Source: Bacteroides sp. (GTDB lineage: Bacteria; Bacteroidota; Bacteroidia; Bacteroidales; Bacteroidaceae). From it: a stretch of 29,702 nt of DNA. Where the stretch lies: positions 2,932-32,633 of the forward strand of contig DYCT01000001.1 of the NCBI GenBank assembly GCA_019417975.1. The letters run 5' to 3'. The translations under genes and the position numbers were made by a program. Below are positions 1 through 6,092 of this stretch, piece by piece. The notes beneath the pieces were generated by a model. It did not search any database, was not told the DNA's origin, and worked only from the letters and a program-made list of their open reading frames with translations. Position 1 is the stretch's first letter. The number at the start of each line of letters is the position of its first letter.

Positions 1-1
1 T

Positions 2-571
2 GTGAACGGCATCTATGTAAATAAAGCGATTGTCTTTAAAGGACGTAAGCTAAAGCATGGAGGATGGTATCCGGCTCCACAAATCAAAGTAATACGCAAA
101 GGGTATGGCGAGAGCGAAAACAAGGTAATGGATGAACACCTGATTGTGACATCGGGGACAACAATCTATGTGGATGGCGACCAATCGGATGAGAATCTGC
201 ATGATTTGACCTGGTGGACTGAAAAACATAATAAGTATGCTTCGCGTGAGGCTGAGAATATGTTGAGAATGGCTTTGGGCATAGATGAAGATGCTAACAG
301 TGTGCAACCTAAGTTTTTGGGAAATGATTCGGAACGCAAACGATGGATGAAGTTGAAATACGCTCGTATGCCTTTGTTTATTCGGCCATTCTGTTATTTC
401 CTTGTTCGCTATCTGTTTAAAGCCGGTTTCCTGGATGGTAAGGAAGGTTTTATCTGGTATGTGCTGCAAGGGTTTTGGTATCGTTTTTTAGTGGATGCCA
501 AAATCTATGAAATCAAAAAACAATATAAAAACAACAAGCAGGAAATCATTGCTTTCCTGAACAAAGATTAA
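2..571 (+). CDS. Glycosyltransferase family 2, C-terminal part (5'-truncated by the window edge)
   Basis: Open frame from the window start. Motifs KHNKYASREA and KAGFLDGKEGF are typical of the C-terminal region of beta-1,4-glucosyltransferase-like GT2 proteins. Confidence 0.8.
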   Translation: MNGIYVNKAIVFKGRKLKHGGWYPAPQIKVIRKGYGESENKVMDEHLIVTSGTTIYVDGDQSDENLHDLTWWTEKHNKYASREAENMLRMALGIDEDANSVQPKFLGNDSERKRWMKLKYARMPLFIRPFCYFLVRYLFKAGFLDGKEGFIWYVLQGFWYRFLVDAKIYEIKKQYKNNKQEIIAFLNKD

Positions 572-597
572 CCGGCTTGCCGGTTGGTCGGCTTTTT
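570..597 (+). terminator. Short hairpin, possible weak terminator after GT2
   Basis: AACCGG-CTTG-CCGGTT (570-585), with a T5 run 7 nt downstream. Confidence 0.35.
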
Positions 598-661
598 CCA
601 AAAAAACACCTAAAGCTGAGAAAGAATAAGCTGTAATAGAAGTCAAATCCAAAGTTATTTC

Positions 662-669
662 TATCTTTG
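662..669 (+). promoter_or_regulatory. Bacteroidetes -7 promoter box for the ATPase cassette
   Basis: TATCTTTG matches the TAnnTTTG consensus, 44 nt upstream of ATG 714. Confidence 0.6.
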
Positions 670-713
670 TCGGTTATAGACCGTTTTTGATATTATCGTA
701 AAATCTAAACTCT

Positions 714-2009
714 ATGCAGACGATTGAAATTCGAAATATAGGACCTTTGGTGGATACAGGTGTTGTTCCTATTTCTCAGTTTATGCTGCTGATTGGCGAA
801 CAAAGCACGGGTAAGAGCACTTTTATGAAAATATTGTGCTTTTGCTGCTGGCTAGAGAAACAGGTGATGATGGGAGGTGATAATGTCCTTTCGAAATATA
901 CACATTACAATCGTTTCTGGAATGAACTGAAGAAATTTCACCGACTGAATGATGATTTCTTTTCAGAAAACAGTTATATCAAGTATGACGGTATAGCGGT
1001 GCAGATAGAAAAACATGGTGCAAGAAACAATGTGAGAATTGTTCGCAAGGCAAACTTTGCAAAAGTAAAACATAATCTGAAATTGTGTTTCCTCCCTTCA
1101 GAACGAAACCTACTGTCGTCTATTCAAAATATTGAAACGCTTTATCGTTCGAAAGATGTAGACGTCTTGTTCAACTATATATTGGAATGGGGAGAAGCTC
1201 GTTCGCAATTTAATGCCTCGCATCCGTTGGACTTGGTCTTTGTTGACAGAATGAAGTATCACTATGATGCAAAGAAAGGTGATGTGCTGACATTGGCCGA
1301 CGGACACTCGAAGATAAAACCCTATTATGCATCCAGTGGCGTGCAGTCTGCATTGCCCATACAGGTGATGGCTTCTTATCTTGCCAACGAGGTGGGGACA
1401 TCTGCAAAAATCAGCCCTCTGGAATATTTGAAACAGATAGATGTGAACGACCCGAAAGAGGTAATGGTTCTGTCGCATATATTCAATGACTTGGTGAAAA
1501 ATGGAGGGACTTTTGATCAGGAGAAACTTTTGGAAGCTATGCCGTCTTTGAAAAATACGATTCAAGATATGCGAGACCGTACGTTGTACAGGTCTTTCCA
1601 TTTGTTTGTGGAGGAAATAGAGCAGAACTTGTTTCCAAAGGCGCAGTTTGAGCTTGTCAAGATGCTGGTGAAGCTTCTGAACAGGATGAATCGGGATTTT
1701 TCGGGATATAAAAGTACCGTGTTTCTGACAACACACAGCCCGTATGTGCTGACGGCATTGAATGTGATGATGCTGGCTGCTGTCGCTTATGAAAAAGCAC
1801 CGGAAAAGGTTGCGGCTTTAGGATTGGAAGAGTGTATCTTGCCTAAAGAGGCTTTTTCTGCTTATTGCATTCAGGGGGGATGCTTTAGAAACATTGTTGA
1901 CCGGGAATATCACTTTGTCAAGGGGGATTTTCTGGATTCGGTTTCGGAATTGATAGACCAGTATACATTTGATTTAAATTCAATCATCTATGGCGATGCT
2001 GAAAGATAG
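714..2009 (+). CDS. Soluble ABC-superfamily ATPase (AAA_15/AAA_21-like, conflict-system type)
   Basis: N-terminal IEIRNIGP, Walker A GEQSTGKST, LPSER motif, signature-like ASSGVQS, Walker B/D-loop LFVEEIEQNLFP, H-loop LTTHSPY. No TM segments. Confidence 0.85.
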   Translation: MQTIEIRNIGPLVDTGVVPISQFMLLIGEQSTGKSTFMKILCFCCWLEKQVMMGGDNVLSKYTHYNRFWNELKKFHRLNDDFFSENSYIKYDGIAVQIEKHGARNNVRIVRKANFAKVKHNLKLCFLPSERNLLSSIQNIETLYRSKDVDVLFNYILEWGEARSQFNASHPLDLVFVDRMKYHYDAKKGDVLTLADGHSKIKPYYASSGVQSALPIQVMASYLANEVGTSAKISPLEYLKQIDVNDPKEVMVLSHIFNDLVKNGGTFDQEKLLEAMPSLKNTIQDMRDRTLYRSFHLFVEEIEQNLFPKAQFELVKMLVKLLNRMNRDFSGYKSTVFLTTHSPYVLTALNVMMLAAVAYEKAPEKVAALGLEECILPKEAFSAYCIQGGCFRNIVDREYHFVKGDFLDSVSELIDQYTFDLNSIIYGDAER

Positions 2010-2466
2010 ATTGGATGCTTATGAGGGGCAACCTGAGCAGATGTGGCGCGAACGTAAAGCGGTATCGGTAGGTGAACGCGGACAATCGTACCAGGTGACA
2101 TTTGTAGATGCATTGCCTACGGCGGTCTATGCAATAGATGGAGGTATTATTACAGACAATAATGTTCTCAAATGTGATAAGCTGATATTGATTGAGGGAG
2201 ACAATCGGCAGTTTGTAGAATTGTTTGTAGAACTGAAGGGACGAGATATAGAGCATGCCATTAGTCAGATGGAGGCTACTTTGAAAAACGATTTGTTTAA
2301 AGATGCTTCTGTAAAAGCAAAGCAAGCAAGAATAATAGGGCGCAATATCCCAAGGAATTCGGGACGTGCTGCAACTGAAATAGCAAAGAAAAGATTTCTT
2401 GCAAACTATAAATGCAGACTTGAATTTAAAACGGGTCCTGCTGTGGAAAAAAACTTTAATTATTAG
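1990..2466 (+). CDS. Small hypothetical protein with PD-(D/E)xK restriction-endonuclease-like motif
   Basis: 158 aa; IDGGII...KCDKLILI...LFVELKGRDIEHAISQMEATL gives a D..E-x-K arrangement followed by a helix with Q. Overlaps the ATPase 3' end by 20 nt (alternative start 1996). The CDS is likely real; the nuclease call is inference. Confidence 0.65.
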   Translation: MAMLKDRLDAYEGQPEQMWRERKAVSVGERGQSYQVTFVDALPTAVYAIDGGIITDNNVLKCDKLILIEGDNRQFVELFVELKGRDIEHAISQMEATLKNDLFKDASVKAKQARIIGRNIPRNSGRAATEIAKKRFLANYKCRLEFKTGPAVEKNFNY

Positions 2467-2469
2467 AAA

Positions 2470-2690
2470 CCGATGCAGGAACGATGTGAATAGAGTTCCT
2501 GACAGAATCATTTGGGTCGGAAAAGAACCAAGAATCAGAATTGTTTATTTGACAACACTCGGCTTTAAGGGCATAGCAATGTGTCCTTTCGAATAGATAT
2601 GCCCTAAAGTCGAATGATGGAAATCTGTATACCCGATGCCGGGTAGTGCAATGACTGCACTATCACGGCATCGGGCTAACTCTTTTTGTC
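2470..2690 (+). other. Cluster of stem-loops (candidate structured RNA, REP-like palindromes or attenuator)
   Basis: Hairpins at 2476-2501 (7 bp), 2511-2532 (weak), 2559-2613 (16 bp with one bulge and one G-U) and 2632-2675 (19 bp with one bulge and one G-U), then TCTTTTT at 2681-2687. Confidence 0.6.
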
Positions 2691-2704
2691 TTTCAACGTA
2701 ACTT

Positions 2705-3502
2705 ATGAAAATTTCGATTGTGACATCCTGTTTTAACAGGGTGCAGACCATTCGTGCCTGTATGCAAAGTGTGCTGGAACAGGAATATCCTGATATTGAG
2801 TATATCGTGGTGGATGGGGCTTCGACCGACGGCACATGGGAGGTTATCAAAGAGGTGGAACTGTATACACAGAGCGAGGAGTTCAGAAACGGGCATCCGA
2901 AGTTCTCGATGACGGTGCTGTCGGAACCGGACCATGGCATGTATGAGGCTATCAACAAGGGACTGAAAATGGCTACCGGCGAGTATGTAGGGCTGGTGCA
3001 CTCGGACGACTTCTTATTCTCGAAACAGACCATAGCCCTCGTGGCGGAAAGGCTGGAAAAGACCAAAGCGGAGTTTCTGTATGGCAACGGACTGTTTGTG
3101 GATTTTGAGGATACGGAAAAGGTGGTGCGCAACTGGATAGGAGGAAGGTACTGCCGATGGAAAGTGAGAAACGGATGGCTGCCCTTGCACCCGACTTGCT
3201 ACATAGGCAGGGAGGTGATGCTGAAAAGGGGACTGTATGACGAAAGTTACAAGATTGCTGCCGACAGCGACTTGCTGTTCAGGTATCTGCTGAAGGGAGA
3301 CTTGAAAGTGACGTATCTGAATACGTATCTCGTGAGGATGCGGATGGGGGGACTCTCGACCGACAAGGCACGGAGAAAGCAGATGTGGATGGAAGATATC
3401 CGGTTGCTTCGCGCAAACGGGTTCGCTTGTCCACGCATCGCCAAGCTGGAGAAGATGATGTGGAAGGTGCCACAGTTTGTCAAGGCTAAGCTGATGAGAT
3501 AG
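2705..3502 (+). CDS. Glycosyltransferase family 2 (WcaE/WfgS-like)
   Basis: MKISIVTSCFN, IVVDGASTDGT, SEPDHGMYEAINKG, HSDD, YKIAADSD, MRMGGLS motifs. Confidence 0.92.
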   Translation: MKISIVTSCFNRVQTIRACMQSVLEQEYPDIEYIVVDGASTDGTWEVIKEVELYTQSEEFRNGHPKFSMTVLSEPDHGMYEAINKGLKMATGEYVGLVHSDDFLFSKQTIALVAERLEKTKAEFLYGNGLFVDFEDTEKVVRNWIGGRYCRWKVRNGWLPLHPTCYIGREVMLKRGLYDESYKIAADSDLLFRYLLKGDLKVTYLNTYLVRMRMGGLSTDKARRKQMWMEDIRLLRANGFACPRIAKLEKMMWKVPQFVKAKLMR

Positions 3503-3553
3503 GCAGAGAGAGGAATGAAAAAGATTTGTATAACCGTATAAAGATGGAATGAT

Positions 3554-3682
3554 ATGTGGTGGAAAATCGTAATCGGTATCGTGGTAGTGGCTGTCGGGGC
3601 AGTGGCTCTTGTGGTGGCTAAGTTGGCGAAAATGGACGCCAAGGATGAAGCGGAGGATATCGATAAGTTGGCAAAGAAATAG
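3554..3682 (+). CDS. Small single-pass membrane protein (42 aa), absent from the ORF track
   Basis: Hand translation: MWWKIVIGIVVVAVGAVALVVAKLAKMDAKDEAEDIDKLAKK*. About 18 contiguous hydrophobic residues then a charged tail; it fills the GT2-helicase gap. Confidence 0.65.
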   Translation: MWWKIVIGIVVVAVGAVALVVAKLAKMDAKDEAEDIDKLAKK

Positions 3683-3704
3683 GTGGCCCTGTCGTTGGGA
3701 TGAT

Positions 3705-5987
3705 ATGGAGGCGAGAAGCGGAAGGGGTGTCTTGCGCGACTATCAGCTGGAGATGACGCAACGCTTGTTTGAAGCGTGGCAGAAGCATCGGAGCGTGATG
3801 GTACAGATGCCTACCGGGACCGGCAAGACGTATGTGCTGGCTGAGGCAATAGGCCGGTTTTTGAAGGGCGGAAGCCATGGCTGTGTGTGGATTGTTGCTC
3901 ATCGGCGCGAGCTGGTGGCACAGGTGGAGGAGACCATCGAACGATATGGGGGTGGCGACACACGGCAGCAGGTGAGGGCGATGTCGATACAGTGGCTGGT
4001 GAGGCACTGGGAGGACGCGGGAGAAGCTCCGAGCCTGATTGTGGTGGATGAGGCACATCATGTGGTGGCGGAAAGCTATCGGGAGCTATGGGTGCGCTAT
4101 CCGGATGCCAAGATGCTGGGAATGACGGCAACGCCCTGCCGCATGAACCATCGCGCGTTTACCGATTTGTTTGAGGTGTTGCTGACGGCATGGCCCATCG
4201 GGGAATTTATCAGAAAGGGACATCTCGCTTTGTTCGACTATGTGTCTATCCGACCGGACAGCGAGGAGCAACGGCTGATAGACGGACTGGAGAAGCGGGG
4301 AGCTGACGGGGATTATCAGCAGAAAGAAATGGATGCGGTGCTGAACAGGCGACCAAGCATCGAGCGATTGTATCGGACGATAGAGGCTTTTGCTCCGGGA
4401 AAGAAGGGGATTGTGTATGCCATCGGGATAGGACACGCACGGAGCATAGCTGCGTATTACCGGGAGAAGGGGCTGGAAGCGGTGGCGATAGACAGCAGGA
4501 CACCGGCTGCGGAACGGAAGCAATGGGTGGAGGACTTTAAGGACGGGCGCATAAAGGTGCTGGTCAATGTGGATGTGTTTAGCGAGGGATTTGACTGTCC
4601 GGATGTGGAATTTGTGCAAATGGCACGACCGACACGGTCGCTGGCAAAGTATCTGCAACAGGTGGGACGCGGACTGCGCAAGGTGAAAGGAAAAGGGACG
4701 TGTGTGCTACTGGACAATGTGGGGCTGTACCGGATGTTTGGCCTGCCGATTGTGGCTTGGGACTGGGAAGCGATGTTTCGGGGAATAGTGGCCGGGAAAG
4801 CCGTGAAGGGGCAGGCAGCAAACTACGGATGCGGGGTGTCGACAGTACGGGAAGTGGAGGTGGTGCGCGACGAGATGGAACTGGTGCTGACGCATGAACA
4901 GCTGTCGGCAGCTATCGAACAATTGTCGGCAATGCCGGTGGAGCCTATACGGAAAAAGGAAGAAATGGGCTACTGGCAAGAGGAAACAAGCGGACTATGG
5001 GGCTTGAAACGGGGCAGGACCCGGCTGACGGAGGCACAATATAAAGAGGTGTTCGACATCGGATATAATCGGGCTGCGGTGAGATTCGGCGACGGGACAT
5101 GCGGATTGGTGGATGAGAACGGTACGCTGCTGGGAAGAAAGGAACGGTATCGGTCGATGAAATTCAGAAGAAACGAATTGCTGGAGGTGAGTACACCGGA
5201 GGGCGAAACGCGATATGTCGATCTGGTCAGCTTGAAAAGGTATAAGGCGAAGCCGGAAGTCAAGAAATGGGGGGCTGTGGAGCTGCTTAAAGTGGGCAAT
5301 GCATACTACAGCCGGACGAAAGAGGTGTACATGAACGCACAAGGTATGGGCGGTGGCTGCATCAAATGGAACGGATTCTTTCTGTCGGTATTGGACCGGA
5401 AAGCACCGATAGCCTGCGTGGGGCAGGCCGGGCAGTCGGCCGGTTTCCGGTATGGACATGCTTGCATCCTGGCAGGCGACGAGGAACGCTTTTACTGGAT
5501 GTATCGCTGGCTGGACGATGGAAGCATCGTGGTGAAAGATACTGCCGGGCGGTATTTCTATGTGGAAGAGGGACAAGAGAAACGGTATGTGGGCTGCGAG
5601 GGGTCGCAACCAGAGTGGGCGAGCTGCGAAAGAGAGATAGAACACCTGACGAGGCGGGCTGAAGAACGACAACGAAAGCGTGAGGCTGACAAGGCTGAAA
5701 GAAAACGGGAACGGCTGAGCCGGATGGAGGACATCACCCCGTTTAAAGCGGGACTGAAATGGGGGTTGAAAGCAGGTAGCCGCATCGTGGTGCCACCAAT
5801 ATATAGGAGCATGAGACCACCGGTGGGACGGTATTGTATCGTGGAAAAAGAATACAGCAGATGGGGAGTCATCGCAGTGGACGGGACGGTGCTGGTAGAA
5901 CCGATATACAGGGAGATATCGATAAGGCACAACGGAACGGCACAGCTGACTTCAATCACCGGAAAGACGATTTCGGTGAAACTATAA
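3705..5987 (+). CDS. SF2 DEAH-box helicase (ResIII/Helicase_C; RadD/Irc3-like core) with WG-repeat-like C-terminal region
   Basis: LRDYQ, MPTGTGKT, AHRRELVAQ, VDEAHH, GMTATP, VFSEGFDCP, QQVGRGLR. C-terminal GLWGL..CGLVDENG and KWGL..RWGVIAVDGTVLVEPIY. Start moved from GTG 3609 to in-frame ATG 3705. Confidence 0.88.
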   Translation: MEARSGRGVLRDYQLEMTQRLFEAWQKHRSVMVQMPTGTGKTYVLAEAIGRFLKGGSHGCVWIVAHRRELVAQVEETIERYGGGDTRQQVRAMSIQWLVRHWEDAGEAPSLIVVDEAHHVVAESYRELWVRYPDAKMLGMTATPCRMNHRAFTDLFEVLLTAWPIGEFIRKGHLALFDYVSIRPDSEEQRLIDGLEKRGADGDYQQKEMDAVLNRRPSIERLYRTIEAFAPGKKGIVYAIGIGHARSIAAYYREKGLEAVAIDSRTPAAERKQWVEDFKDGRIKVLVNVDVFSEGFDCPDVEFVQMARPTRSLAKYLQQVGRGLRKVKGKGTCVLLDNVGLYRMFGLPIVAWDWEAMFRGIVAGKAVKGQAANYGCGVSTVREVEVVRDEMELVLTHEQLSAAIEQLSAMPVEPIRKKEEMGYWQEETSGLWGLKRGRTRLTEAQYKEVFDIGYNRAAVRFGDGTCGLVDENGTLLGRKERYRSMKFRRNELLEVSTPEGETRYVDLVSLKRYKAKPEVKKWGAVELLKVGNAYYSRTKEVYMNAQGMGGGCIKWNGFFLSVLDRKAPIACVGQAGQSAGFRYGHACILAGDEERFYWMYRWLDDGSIVVKDTAGRYFYVEEGQEKRYVGCEGSQPEWASCEREIEHLTRRAEERQRKREADKAERKRERLSRMEDITPFKAGLKWGLKAGSRIVVPPIYRSMRPPVGRYCIVEKEYSRWGVIAVDGTVLVEPIYREISIRHNGTAQLTSITGKTISVKL

Positions 5988-5989
5988 TG

Positions 5990-6029
5990 AAAAAGGTTTT
6001 CCGGAGATTACTCCGCGAAAACCTTTTTT
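5990..6029. terminator. Intrinsic terminator, probably bidirectional
   Basis: AAAAAGGTTTTC-CGGAG-ATTA-CTCCG-C-GAAAACCTTTTTT immediately after the helicase stop. Confidence 0.8.
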
Positions 6030-6064
6030 AGCTTTAAACACGCGGAATACTCCTATAATTTTAG

Positions 6065-6072
6065 TACATTTG
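6065..6072 (+). promoter_or_regulatory. -7 promoter box for rnr
   Basis: TACATTTG matches TAnnTTTG. Confidence 0.55.
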
Positions 6073-6092
6073 TAAATACTAAATTGACTGTT

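Noticed and set aside
588..2566. TCGGCTTT at 588-595 and 2559-2566 as a target-site duplication flanking the cassette
   Set aside because: Only 8 bp, the second copy lies inside a hairpin arm, and there is no transposase or integrase; compatible with chance.
2399..2596. 65-aa plus-strand ORF over the structured region
   Set aside because: Overlaps the nuclease-like gene out of frame, has no recognisable motif, and is better explained as non-coding.
714..2704. Retron (ATPase + nuclease + structured ncRNA with terminal inverted repeats, as in Ec78/Ec83-type systems)
   Set aside because: No reverse transcriptase (no YADD-type motif) in the window, the partner is not HNH, and the terminal complementarity is only 7 bp.
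2467..2704. CRISPR array or type III TA (ToxI-like) tandem repeat array
   Set aside because: The hairpins differ in sequence, there are no regularly spaced direct repeats, and no cas genes are present.
3515..3541. 8-codon ORF MKKICITV in frame with the 42-aa ORF
   Set aside because: Too short to support; TAA at 3539-3541 separates it from the downstream ORF.
3609..3704. N-terminal extension of the helicase from GTG 3609
   Set aside because: It is an off-frame reading of the 42-aa membrane ORF; ATG 3705 lies just before the LRDYQ motif.
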